64,000 bases of DNA from Candidatus Woesearchaeota archaeon. GTDB taxonomy: Archaea > Nanobdellota > Nanobdellia > Woesearchaeales > 0-14-0-80-44-23. The stretch is taken from the NCBI GenBank assembly GCA_038874135.1, contig JAVZCZ010000001.1, forward strand, positions 623,219 through 687,218, written 5' to 3'. A model generated the notes under the pieces. That model did not search any database and was not told the origin of the DNA. It saw only the letters and a program-made list of their open reading frames with translations. Shown piece by piece: positions 46,907 to 57,300 of this stretch; the first letter of the stretch is position 1; each line of letters starts with the position of its first letter. The translations under genes and the position numbers were made by a program.

Positions 46907-49900
46907 TCAACTCGCCATAATATAGATCGTAGCATTCTTAGTAGCAGGAGGCTCCGCGCTTGGAACTTCCACTCTTATGTCAATCCTCGCTTCATCCGCA
47001 TAGTCCAGATATCCTAAATCAATAATTGAAAGAGTTGAAATGTTAGTCATGTTAGTCCAGGATGTCCGCGAGTTTCTCCAGTCAAAAGCATAATATTCTC
47101 CGCTAATATTTCCTATCCTGAACTGATAATAGCTAGTGTTAAGAGGCACTGAACTCCAGAGGGCTGTAGAGTTTATACTTATATTCACAGGAATGTTACC
47201 ATTATTTCTAATTTTTATAGGCTGAGGACTATTATCTAAGGTGTCTTCTATTGCTCCAGGATTTAAATTTCCGAAAGAGACATTTGCAACATAGATTTCA
47301 ATATCCCTATAAGGCTCTATTGAGAAGTTCCAAGTATCACTCCACTCTCCATAGTCAAAGCTGTCAAACGCCCTAACCTTCCAGAAGTACGAAGTTGAGA
47401 GGTTAAGCTGGCCCGGATAGGTGTAGCTTGTTAAATTCGTATCAGTGATTATTAATGGAGAGGAGAAGTCAGCATTGTCATCTACCACGAGAGAATATGT
47501 TATCTTATCTGATTCTGGGTCAATGGCGGCATTCCAGACGAAAGTCATATTTCGGTCATGCTCTGTTCCGCTGTTATTCAATGGGCTTGTAAGGTTAACT
47601 TTTGAAGGAGGAGTGTTGTTACTCCTAATTTCAATGTATGTGGGTAGGGTTTGATTGTATCCCGTTTGAGAATAATTCAGAGATTCAAATATTACAAAGA
47701 ATTCGTACTTGCTACCCTTAGTGCCAGTTGCGTTTACATACCAAGTTACATTGCAGCTCTGCTGGTCATAAATACTGCCCAAGCAGCTTAAATCGCTGCT
47801 CAGCAGAGGATTTGAAGTGTTGGTCCAGAACGGGATTGTTCCAGGAATAGTTGAAATTATCCCTTTTGAGGATAACACTAAGAACTCGTGACTGGCGTAC
47901 CCGCCGATGTTTCCAGCATTGTCAAACGCCTTAACATAGAATGTGTGATTCCCCGACGGAAGCGTTTCGTTCATGTAATACAAACTAGTTGTATTTCTAC
48001 CACCCACTTCAGGCGCACTATCATCAATAGCGTAGTAATAGCCAGCCACCCCGCTCACATCATCATATGAAGCACTCCAGTTAAATGTTCTGTTGCTCAC
48101 AAAGCTCCACCCTTCAATTGAGTCCGTAAGATTCTGAGGTATGGATGGCGGAGTCCAGTCAATGCTGAAATTTACTGAAATAGTGTTTGAATTATTAACA
48201 TTATCATACGCTCTCAGCTCAACAACACAGCCGTACTGCATCTCAACATTACAGTCCATTCCTAAGCCAACGCTTATTCCTAAAACATCGTTGCAGTTCC
48301 TTACAGTCCAGCCCTTAGTTTGAGTTCCATTGCTCAAAACCCTGTAGTAGCATGCCTTGAGCCCTGAAACAGAATCGGAATCTGAGATGTTAATCTGGAA
48401 GTTAGAATTCTTCCAGGAGCCCGCAGCTGGAGAGTTAAGAACTATTTGAGGTGCAGTTACATCTCTAACTAAGGTAAACTGAGTTGTATTCATATTTCCA
48501 GCATTATCATAACAGGTTATTGTGCCGCTTCCATTAAAGGTGCTGGAAGTGCTAAAATTATAAGCGCCAACATCCTGAGAGGCATATGGTGAAGAAGTAT
48601 CATTCCCATACCCGGCAATTGTAGAAAGCTGAGGGAAATTTACAGCCGCAATCCCGTTGGAATCACCAGCACTCACAGAAATGTTAATGCTTCCAGAGCC
48701 AGCAGGGCTATAATATGTAGTGTTTCCAACAACATATGCATAATCAGAAGTTTTAGAAATTTCTGTAATCACGCAATAAGGTATTGAATAGTCTATTTTG
48801 ATTGTTTTGCTTTGGGTTGTTTCTGTGTTTCCGGCGTTGTCTGTGCTGTTGTATCTTATGTATGTTGTTCCCTGGGTGTTTATTTGTATTGGTGCGGTGT
48901 ATGTTGTGGTTGGCGTGCAGGTGTTTGTTGTGTCTGTGCAGTATTGTGTGAGTGAGCATCCTGAGCCTGAGGCGTCGTTGCATGTTAGTGTTACGTTTAC
49001 GTATGGGCTTTTTGTCCAGGTGTTGAAGGTGTAGCTTGCTCCGGTGCTGTTTACTGCTGTTGCCGTGGTTGTCGGCGGTGTTGTGTCTATTTTGATTGTT
49101 TTGCTTTGGGTTGTTTCTGTGTTTCCGGCGTTGTCTGTGCTGTTGTATCTTATGTATGTTGTTCCCTGGGTGTTTATTTGTATTGGTGCGGTGTATGTTG
49201 TGGTTGGCGTGCAGGTGTTTGTTGTGTCTGTGCAGTATTGTGTCAACGCGCAGGTGCCCCCTCCGCTGTCTGTGCAGTTCAAAGTAACATTTACATAAAG
49301 GCTTTTAGTCCAAGTATTGAAAGTATAAATTGTTGAAGAGTTAGTTATTGCAGTAGCATTAGTAAAGGGAGCATTTGCATCATAAGTAAATGTTGTGTTT
49401 ATAACTGCTGAAGTTTTTATCTGTCCACAAGCGTCTGCAGAATTTTCTAATGCTCTAAGGTATATCGTGCAGGTGCCTGTAACTGTGCAGGCTGTAGATG
49501 CTACGAACTGGCAGCTGGCTTGGCTGCCGCTGCTTACTTGTGTTGAGTTGCACAGGGTCTGTGTGCATGCTGAGTCCTTACAAACTTGAAGTTTCATTGC
49601 GTCAGCATTCGGGTCTGTAATTGTGGCTGTGGCGTTTACTATAGTGTTTGGTCCCGCGCAGCTGGGCGTTGCTGATGGACTTGCAGGAGTGTTTGGTGGG
49701 GCGTTTGTTGAAGTGCTCGTCCACCCAGTGGCTGTACAGCTTACTCCAGTATAGCACGTCTGGCTTGTGGAATTGTAACAAAATCCTGAGTTGCAGTTTC
49801 CTCCAGTGCATGTGCATAGTGTTGTATTTACTACTGTACTTGTGCTTCCACTTGCCCCTCCAGAGGTGCATGCTACATTATAACAGCAGGTGTCTATGTT

Positions 49901-52900
49901 GCCTGAGTTGCAGGTACTGCTGTCTGCTCCCTTGCAGTAAGTGTTAGGGCTTGCGCACATGGTTGTGCTGCTTGGACATCCCGTTCCAGTGTAGTAGCAG
50001 GTTGTTAGAGTCCAGCACTTTCCACTTGGTCCTGTTCCCGCACAGGTGCTTACATATTCTATTGGGTATCTGCTAGTTGTACTGCTGTATGCTGTTTCTA
50101 CACTCTGATTGTTTCTAGCCTTTACCCTGTAGGTGTATTGTGAGAAGCAGTTTAGTCCAGAATCTATGTAACTCATCGCAGTTGTCCATCCAGAGTCTGT
50201 TGCTCCAGCATTGTATGATGTTTCGTTAGCATAGTATTGAGGGTTGTTATATGCACATACTGCTGTCCAGCTTACATTTAAACTTGTTGTGCTTGTTGGA
50301 GTTACTGTCGGCGCACTGGGTCCATTTACGAGCGTGTATGTACAGCTTGTTGCTGAGGCTGTTCCAATATTATTTAAAGAATCTCTCGTTTGGGCGGTGT
50401 AGCAGTATTGCGTGTTACAATTTAACCCAGTATCAGCCCATGTTGGGCTGGTCTGCCATCCGCTGCTAGCTGTTGTTGGACTTGTTCTATTTATTTGATA
50501 GTATACCGTAGCTGAGCATCCCGTATCTGTAGCTGTTGTGGCTGTTATGTTTATTTGTGAGCTTGAGATTGGTGTTGTGCTGCTTATTGTTGCCGGGTTC
50601 GGAGTAGGCGAGCTGACATCAATGCTCAACACAGAGCAAGAACTCCAACTTCCCCAATTATTGTAAACATCCTTCGCTTTGACCCTCCACGAATATGTGC
50701 CTGTTGATAGAGCGCTGGGAGTCCAGCTATTTGAGGAAGGCGTTCCTGTTTGAAGAGCAGTTCCGCTGCAGTCAGAAGTTGAGTAAATCTCAACCTGATA
50801 GCCAGCAACAGAAGAACAGCCAACATCTGAAGGAGCACTCCAAGACAAAGTGGGAGTTGAAGAGCCATTACAATTACCAGAACTTGGCAGCAAGCCCGTA
50901 GGAGCATTAGGACCTGCAAAGTCAATGTAATAAATGTTTGAACTCTTCAAAGATTCAGCATTGCTAACATTATCTATTGAATAAGTGCATATCTTCTTAG
51001 CGCAGTAGCTACCAGGCGGGCACCCTACCAAAAATTGTGAAGAGTACAAACTCATCCCACTTATATCGCACGCTGTTCCAGAATCAACAATCTTATACCA
51101 GGTTGAACTGCATCCAGAACCAGAACCGTCACTGCAAGAAAGTGTGACTGAAACGTTTGAATTGTTACAAGCTTGTCCATTAGGATTAATAGTTGTTGTT
51201 GGAGCCTGTGCATCAATATAAATTGTTGAACTCTTAGTAGTTTCAACATTAAAAGCATTATCAGTGCTGTTATACCTAACATAACCCACGCACACACTTC
51301 CCGCAGCGCACTGGAATAAGATGGGAGTGCTAAGCGAAGATGGAGTGCAGGAGTTTGTCCAGTCACCACAAGCGTGAGTAGCCAAGCAGCCACTCAAAGC
51401 ATCCGTACAGTTAAAACCATTCACACTAACATTCAAACTAGTCCAAGTGCCAATAATATAACTGCTTGAATCAGACTTAGTAATATTAGAAATACTTGTT
51501 GTTGGAGCTGTTGTGTCACTTCCAACAATTAGTGTTCTCATCTCTGTTTGATTTACATTTCCAGCCAAATCTTGAGCATAAGCAATGTAGGTATATGTTC
51601 CCGTGGGGAGTAGTGTAAAGTTGTGATATAATCTATAAATCCCTGCATTGTAGGAAGTAGCTATCTCCTCAGCACTAAGCGCCCTATTGTAAATGCGGAC
51701 TTCATCAATTGTGCCTTTTAAGTAATAAGTTGAATATTTACCAATAATTAAATTTAAATTGTTCACACCTATATTGCCAGTTGCTGATAAAGCTGATCCA
51801 GTAGGAGTGCCATCTAACCATAATCTAACTGCACTTCCATTATAAACCATCGCAACATGATGCCATGAATTGGGAGATACTGAACCACCGTCAGACACTT
51901 CTTTCCAACCACTTATATTAACTCCTCCTTTTAAGGTTCCACTGCTGGTGACATATAACCAATACACAGAATCTGCTGCTAAATTTCCTTTTTCAATTAT
52001 CATTTGTGTAGTTGTTGGAGTTGCTGCGAGGTTGATCCATGCTTCAAGAGTAATAGCATTTGTAATGTTTAAACTTTTATCAGTTGGGACGGTTATATAG
52101 TCATCTATCCCGTCAAATGTTAATGCGCTTCCGAATTTTCCGGCTGTCGTAATATTTGGGCAGCTAGTTCCAGAACATGTTGCATTGTTGCCGTAAATGC
52201 TCCAATCTTTAAAGAATGTGCTGTTTTCTTCACTCTCTTGATTGAATCTCCACCACCCAACCAGGCTGCTATTCCAATCAATAAGTCCTGTTGTGTTGTA
52301 AGCGTCACTTATACTAACATTTACGAAACTCCAATTCTTGTATGTAAATGTTCCATTCGCATCAGTTTGTCCTTGAAATGAAATAGCAGGTTTCACATTA
52401 TCTATTGTAATAATTCTTGTTTCGCTTTGTCCTGCGTTTGCTACTGAGTCGTTTGCCCAGCCGTAATAGGAATAGGTTCCCTGTGTTAGGTTTGTTATGT
52501 TGTTGTAGAATCTCCATTCTGTTGAGCTGTATTTTGCAAATTCTGACTGGTAGTGCATTAGTATTTCTTGTGGAGATAGTGCTCGTTTGTAAATGCGGAC
52601 TTCATCTATTGATCCATTAAAGAAGTAGGAGGAGTTCGTTAATGTTCCTATTTTTAGTGTGTCTGTTGTTGCGTAGGGTGTTGATGTTGCACTGGTGTAA
52701 GCTAGAAAACCACTTTTGTTTTGCCCATTTACATATAACTCAAGGTTGTCATTCCCTTTAATAATTCCTACAACGTGTACCCACTGATTTTTTGGAAAGT
52801 CTGTAGTTCTGAATTCATCCCACCCAGCTCCATCTCCGTATGCAACGCTTAGCATCGCGCTATTGTTCATAATTCCTAAGAAATAGTTTTTCTGAGCCCA

Positions 52901-53839
52901 AGTGCCAGGACCTTTTTGAACAAAAGCAGTGCCTCCACCTAGTTGAGTTGTATTTATGTACACCCAAGCTTCTATAGTGATTGGAAATGTAGTTATTTGA
53001 AGAGATGTGCTGTGAGGTATCATAACCCAGTCATCTACTCCGTCAAATGTAATTCCCTTTCCAAAACGTCCTGTAGTATATTGAGGGGGCCTATTTCCAT
53101 CTGCATTACTAGTATTTGCATCATACATTGTTCCGTTGTTTCCATATTTTGATATGTCTACTGCTGTTGTGGCGCTGTCTCCTATTGCAGAATTGTTGTT
53201 GAAGTTTAATGCTAGTACTAGTGAATCGTCGTAGAAGGTGTAGTTTGTGCCGTTCCAGTTGAATTTGAAGGAGTCTAGTCCTGCTCCGCTTTCTACTATT
53301 GTTATATTTATTTGTGTGTAGTTATTGGGGGTGTATGTGTTGTTTGCTGGGGTTGGATAATAAAATGTTAATGTAGGAGCTGTTATGTCTCTGTATACGT
53401 AAAGTGTTGTTGTTCCTGTTGAGCCCCAGTAGGAGTAGCAGGTTATTGTGGCTGAGCTGCTGTAAGTGCTGCTCGTTGTCCAAGTGTAGGTCCAACTGTA
53501 GGGATAGCTTGTATCACTTCCTCCAGTGGATACTGTGCTTGGAAAACTCACACTTGATATGCCGTTAGGATCATTAGTGCTTGCAACCACATTTACTGTG
53601 AATGTTCCTCCTGCTATTGTGTTGTAATATTCGTATGGGGCTGAAGCATATTGGTATTGGGGGTTTGTTCCTTCGGTTATTGATTGTATTGAACATGTTA
53701 CTGTGTAAGCAAATGCTTTGAAGCCGTAGGCTTTTCCGTCTTCTTTAGGATTAACTCCGTATATTAGGAAGGTTATGGTGAGTATCAGCGCTATTATTTC
53801 CAGCGTTTTTCTCATTCCGGGTTGTATTCTCGTTTTCAT
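46907..53839 (-). CDS. Giant (2310 aa) secreted cell-surface protein with two LamG (concanavalin A-like) domains and Thr/Ser/Cys-rich repeats
   Basis: N-terminal signal/TM. Two LamG_3-like blocks (FDGVDDWVMIPHS ... GSIDEVRIYKRALSPQEI and FDGIDDYITVPTD ... GTIDEVRIYNRALSAEEI). Long Thr/Ser-rich Ig/FN3-like repeats, including two near-identical 98-aa tandem units. Confidence 0.8.
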   Translation of the reverse strand: MKTRIQPGMRKTLEIIALILTITFLIYGVNPKEDGKAYGFKAFAYTVTCSIQSITEGTNPQYQYASAPYEYYNTIAGGTFTVNVVASTNDPNGISSVSFPSTVSTGGSDTSYPYSWTYTWTTSSTYSSSATITCYSYWGSTGTTTLYVYRDITAPTLTFYYPTPANNTYTPNNYTQINITIVESGAGLDSFKFNWNGTNYTFYDDSLVLALNFNNNSAIGDSATTAVDISKYGNNGTMYDANTSNADGNRPPQYTTGRFGKGITFDGVDDWVMIPHSTSLQITTFPITIEAWVYINTTQLGGGTAFVQKGPGTWAQKNYFLGIMNNSAMLSVAYGDGAGWDEFRTTDFPKNQWVHVVGIIKGNDNLELYVNGQNKSGFLAYTSATSTPYATTDTLKIGTLTNSSYFFNGSIDEVRIYKRALSPQEILMHYQSEFAKYSSTEWRFYNNITNLTQGTYSYYGWANDSVANAGQSETRIITIDNVKPAISFQGQTDANGTFTYKNWSFVNVSISDAYNTTGLIDWNSSLVGWWRFNQESEENSTFFKDWSIYGNNATCSGTSCPNITTAGKFGSALTFDGIDDYITVPTDKSLNITNAITLEAWINLAATPTTTQMIIEKGNLAADSVYWLYVTSSGTLKGGVNISGWKEVSDGGSVSPNSWHHVAMVYNGSAVRLWLDGTPTGSALSATGNIGVNNLNLIIGKYSTYYLKGTIDEVRIYNRALSAEEIATSYNAGIYRLYHNFTLLPTGTYTYIAYAQDLAGNVNQTEMRTLIVGSDTTAPTTSISNITKSDSSSYIIGTWTSLNVSVNGFNCTDALSGCLATHACGDWTNSCTPSSLSTPILFQCAAGSVCVGYVRYNSTDNAFNVETTKSSTIYIDAQAPTTTINPNGQACNNSNVSVTLSCSDGSGSGCSSTWYKIVDSGTACDISGMSLYSSQFLVGCPPGSYCAKKICTYSIDNVSNAESLKSSNIYYIDFAGPNAPTGLLPSSGNCNGSSTPTLSWSAPSDVGCSSVAGYQVEIYSTSDCSGTALQTGTPSSNSWTPSALSTGTYSWRVKAKDVYNNWGSWSSCSVLSIDVSSPTPNPATISSTTPISSSQINITATTATDTGCSATVYYQINRTSPTTASSGWQTSPTWADTGLNCNTQYCYTAQTRDSLNNIGTASATSCTYTLVNGPSAPTVTPTSTTSLNVSWTAVCAYNNPQYYANETSYNAGATDSGWTTAMSYIDSGLNCFSQYTYRVKARNNQSVETAYSSTTSRYPIEYVSTCAGTGPSGKCWTLTTCYYTGTGCPSSTTMCASPNTYCKGADSSTCNSGNIDTCCYNVACTSGGASGSTSTVVNTTLCTCTGGNCNSGFCYNSTSQTCYTGVSCTATGWTSTSTNAPPNTPASPSATPSCAGPNTIVNATATITDPNADAMKLQVCKDSACTQTLCNSTQVSSGSQASCQFVASTACTVTGTCTIYLRALENSADACGQIKTSAVINTTFTYDANAPFTNATAITNSSTIYTFNTWTKSLYVNVTLNCTDSGGGTCALTQYCTDTTNTCTPTTTYTAPIQINTQGTTYIRYNSTDNAGNTETTQSKTIKIDTTPPTTTATAVNSTGASYTFNTWTKSPYVNVTLTCNDASGSGCSLTQYCTDTTNTCTPTTTYTAPIQINTQGTTYIRYNSTDNAGNTETTQSKTIKIDYSIPYCVITEISKTSDYAYVVGNTTYYSPAGSGSINISVSAGDSNGIAAVNFPQLSTIAGYGNDTSSPYASQDVGAYNFSTSSTFNGSGTITCYDNAGNMNTTQFTLVRDVTAPQIVLNSPAAGSWKNSNFQINISDSDSVSGLKACYYRVLSNGTQTKGWTVRNCNDVLGISVGLGMDCNVEMQYGCVVELRAYDNVNNSNTISVNFSIDWTPPSIPQNLTDSIEGWSFVSNRTFNWSASYDDVSGVAGYYYAIDDSAPEVGGRNTTSLYYMNETLPSGNHTFYVKAFDNAGNIGGYASHEFLVLSSKGIISTIPGTIPFWTNTSNPLLSSDLSCLGSIYDQQSCNVTWYVNATGTKGSKYEFFVIFESLNYSQTGYNQTLPTYIEIRSNNTPPSKVNLTSPLNNSGTEHDRNMTFVWNAAIDPESDKITYSLVVDDNADFSSPLIITDTNLTSYTYPGQLNLSTSYFWKVRAFDSFDYGEWSDTWNFSIEPYRDIEIYVANVSFGNLNPGAIEDTLDNSPQPIKIRNNGNIPVNISINSTALWSSVPLNTSYYQFRIGNISGEYYAFDWRNSRTSWTNMTNISTLSIIDLGYLDYADEARIDIRVEVPSAEPPATKNATIYIMAS
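48790..49380. repeat. Intragenic tandem repeat, two units of about 294 bp with about 165 bp of perfect identity
   Basis: The string tctattttgattgttttgctttgggttgtttctgtgtttccggcgttgtctgtgctgttgtatcttatgtatgttgttccctgggtgtttatttgtattggtgcggtgtatgttgtggttggcgtgcaggtgtttgttgtgtctgtgcagtattgtgt occurs twice. It encodes the repeated YCTDTTNTCTPTTTYTAPIQINTQGTTYIRYNSTDNAGNTETTQSKTIKID. Confidence 0.8.
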
Positions 53840-54330
53840 TCTTTCTCTTTTGCCTTATTATAGGCTGTCCAGACCGTTCTGTAGTTTCTTTTCAGGATTT
53901 TTGCAATTTGGCTGAGCCGCATATTTTTTTCATCCTTTAGGAACTTTACAGCAGATTCTAGTATTCCCATGTTTCTGTTTTCAAATGCTCTTAGGGGGAT
54001 GAGTATTCCTGTTTTTTCTGCTGGTTTTTTTCTTTCAGTCTTTTTTATTGTAGTCCAGATTGTCTTGTAGCTTCTTCCAAGTTTTTTTGCTATCTCTTTT
54101 GTTGAGTAGCCCTTTGCTTTTAGTTCGGTGCATATTGCTCCCAATGGTGCTCTTTTCTGAAATATTCCTGCATCTATGAAGTTTCTGCCTTCTTCTGAAA
54201 TTCTTAACAAATCCTCCTTCTGAATTCCATATCTCCTGCTCAGTTCTTCTATGCTAGTGCTGATTTTTTGCAGCATGTCTTCTTCCCTGCTCAATATCTT
54301 CTCCATCCACTCAGCATTTTCAAATTCCAT
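53836..54330 (-). CDS. Small double-HTH protein (two sigma-70 region 4/LuxR-like helix-turn-helix repeats), putative regulator
   Basis: 164 aa. HTH1 is GYSTKEIAKKLGRSYKTIWTTIKK and HTH2 is MRLSQIAKILKRNYRTVWTAYNKAKEK. There is a 4-nt overlap with the giant LamG gene. Confidence 0.55.
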   Translation of the reverse strand: MEFENAEWMEKILSREEDMLQKISTSIEELSRRYGIQKEDLLRISEEGRNFIDAGIFQKRAPLGAICTELKAKGYSTKEIAKKLGRSYKTIWTTIKKTERKKPAEKTGILIPLRAFENRNMGILESAVKFLKDEKNMRLSQIAKILKRNYRTVWTAYNKAKEKE

Positions 54331-54396
54331 TTTTCCTATTTAATAAGTATTTTATTTATTAATTATTTAAATATTTTCCTATTTAATAAGTATTTT
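54331..54396. promoter_or_regulatory. Two 23-bp direct repeats (ttttcctatttaataagtatttt) 43 bp apart in the upstream region of the double-HTH gene
   Basis: Perfect copies at about 54331-54353 and 54374-54396. They are AT-rich and sit where a BRE/TATA and an operator would be expected. Confidence 0.45.
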
Positions 54397-54397
54397 T

Positions 54398-57300
54398 TTA
54401 TTTTTCATCAGGACTTACTGAGATAAGATAGTTCACCTCCTCTTGATTATAATCTGTAACTATGACGCCGTTCCAGTCTACCCTAAACTTTCTGCCGGTT
54501 TCATTATATGATTGTGAGTTCAGATATTCTTCTATTTTCCTTTTAATCGAGTCTTCTAGCATCTTGTGTAATTCTAAGGGGTCTAATGTTGCATTGAGAT
54601 CACCACAAGGACCTCCAACGCACCTCACGCCTGCCTTGAATGTGAAGAACTTCTGATACGGCACTGTTGTGTTTCCATAAGGCTCGTATGGCCACACATA
54701 GTATGGTTCTAGGTGTCCGTATGCTGAGTTATTGAACATGAAGCTGTATATGTAGGTGCCTATATCTCCTAATGAGTTATTTGCGTATATTGTTATTGTA
54801 TGAGTTTGTTGGTCTGTAAGGTTTGTTGTGTTTATGTAGTATGGAGCGTTTAGTGTGTTGTTTGTTCCTCCGTCTATGTTGTACCATGAGGCGTTGGCTC
54901 CGCTTATTGTGAATTTGAGTAGGGTGCCTGTGTGTATTATTGAGTTGTTTACTGGGCTTTCCAGGGTTACTATTGGCAGTCCCGCCATGTTGTATGCATA
55001 TGCTGTTTTGTTTCCAAACCTGAATTGCTGAGTGTGTTTTCCTCCTGTTAGCACATTTACTGTGTAATATGATGTTGTTGAGCAGTTGTAGTTTTCAACC
55101 ATTATTGAGATGACTGGTATGCTCAACTCTGAATCCATTAAGGTAGTGTAATTTATGTAGCTCAGTTCTCCATCCGAAGTGCAGCCTAGTGTTGAATTTT
55201 CAATTTTGCCATCTGTGCATGAGGCATTGCTGATTACTATTATCCTGTTCTTGTTTATTATATTGTTTCCACATTTTAGCTCTATAAATCTAAGATCGTC
55301 TTCTGTTTCGTTGTTGTCATTTGGCTCTTCCCTGTAAGTTGTGCCGTTGTATGCTGTTATTATTAAGTTGGCAGTTCCTGTAGTGTTGAAGGCAGTTGTC
55401 CAGTTTCCTCCTATCATTGGGAAGCTCTGTACTGTTATTATTATTAGGTCTATCTGTAATTCAAATTCTTCTTCACTCAGCAGAGGGACTGTCCAGACTA
55501 CCTTTTCAACCCTTCCGTTGCCGTTCAGGTCTATTAACTGGACGTTGAATCTTTCATCATTTGTTACATCTTGTTTTGTTCCATTGACTATCCAGAAGAG
55601 CTTCACTTGCTCTGGCAGCGACTCCGGTATTGAGCTATAGGCAGTTGTATTCTCATAGTGTATGTAAGACTCTGATCTTATTGTTACTTTTTTCTTCCAA
55701 GTGTTCTGGTCTTTTGTTGGTTTTTCTTCAATCTTTTCAGGAGCTGGAGTTGTGAATCTTATAAGGTATTGTGTTTCTTCATCTTTTTCTGGAATTATTA
55801 GTTTTATTGCTTCATCTATCTTTGCAGGTGGCGTTACCTCTTTTGCTACCTGTGGAATTTCAGTAAGTGTTTGTGCTGAAGTTCCATTCTCCTCCTCTTT
55901 TTCTTGTATCACAACATTTTCTGATGTCTCTGCAGTACCGTTTTCCGTTGTTATTTCTTGAGTAACAGTTTGGTTTTCTGTTGCTTGCAATACACTTCCT
56001 GTTGTTATATTCTCCTGACTTGCATTTTCTTCCAAGATTAGTGTTGTTGTATTTTCTTCACTGTACACTGCAAATCCTGTTATCCTACTAAGCTCTGCAA
56101 AAATCTTATATACGAAGCTGACAACTCTTTCTGCAAAGTCGGTTATGCTCCTAGTGGTTTTAATTGCTGCTCCCGTTATTGTCTGGACTGAACTCTGAAT
56201 TTGTGTTTCTCCCCTGTTGTAGTTTTCAATATTTTCAGTCTTGTTGTCCACGCTTACTAGGGCTTCTGTAACTTGTATGTTTAAGCTTCCGTATCTTTTA
56301 TACACTGTTATGTTCTTGGCATCTTTTGGAAGCACTATATCTATGGTCTGAGTTTCATTGCTTACTTTTCTTAGCGAGATTTTATGCGTCCACTCAACCG
56401 GTTTTCCAATTTCCGCCTTTGACTGTACAAACTCCTGCGATATGATTATTACTCCTTTTTCAAACATCTCAATTATGATTGTAAACCTGCTCTTTATTTC
56501 TCCTGTTGAAGCTTCAAGTATTACATAACCGAGGCCTGTGCTTTGGTCTTCCTTCCAGATGTTCAGAATTTCTCCTTTTGTTTCTGCTCTAATATTTGCA
56601 GACTCTATTACTGAGTATGTTATGTTTTGGTCTTTTCCGCCCGTGCAGTATTCTCTGAGGTTTATGGTTGTGTAGTTTTCCGTGAGGATTATTGGATTGA
56701 AAATGCATTCTATTGCAGTTTTTTGCTGAGGTAGTACTTCCACTTCTACTTCGTTGCTATATGTTATTTCGTTGGTGTTTGAAGCTGCAAACTTTATGGT
56801 GTAGTATCCTGATTCTTCTGCTCTTATTTCTGCGATTTCTTTTTCAATTGTTATTGTAAGACCATCAGCCCCTATTGCGATATAACTTAGTTCCCTTCCA
56901 TTTTCTTCAGTGAAGTATTCTGATAGGTTTATTATTGCACTTTCGTTTATCTCTAGTGTTATTGTTGGAATTTCTTTTGTTAGCACAGGCGCTTTTTCTG
57001 TTATGTTCTGAGTTACTTCTTCGCTTATGTTTTGGGTTATGTTTTCTGTTATGTTTTGAGGTATGTTTTCAATAGTCTGTTCGCTTGTTTTGTTTTCTTG
57101 CGGAATTTCTTCGCTTATGTTTTGGGTTATGTTTTCTGTTATGTTGGTGCTTGTTTCTGTTATGCCAGTTTCATTGCTTTCTGATGTTATGTTTTCTGAA
57201 GTTTGGTTGGTTTCGTTTGTTTCAATTATGGTGATGTTTTCTTGTGTTGTAACTTCTGTAGCGTTTTGAGTGGTTATGTTTTCCCAGCTGCTGAGGTTTT

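Noticed and set aside
48798-49336. Cluster of plus-strand ORFs encoding Cys/Val/Leu-rich peptides (MIVLLWVVSVFPALSV..., MGCFCVSGVVCAVV...) inside the giant gene.
   Set aside because: They are antisense to the 2310-aa LamG protein gene in its Thr/Ser-rich repeat region (ACN/AGN codons read backwards give Val/Cys/Leu). They are duplicated only because the underlying DNA repeat is duplicated, and they have no independent start or stop context.
56990-57160. 40-bp direct nucleotide repeats (ttcttcgcttatgttttgggttatgttttctgttatgtt, twice) as a possible regulatory or CRISPR-like element.
   Set aside because: They lie inside the 1127-aa ORF and simply encode the repeated ENITQNISEE peptide motif on the minus strand.
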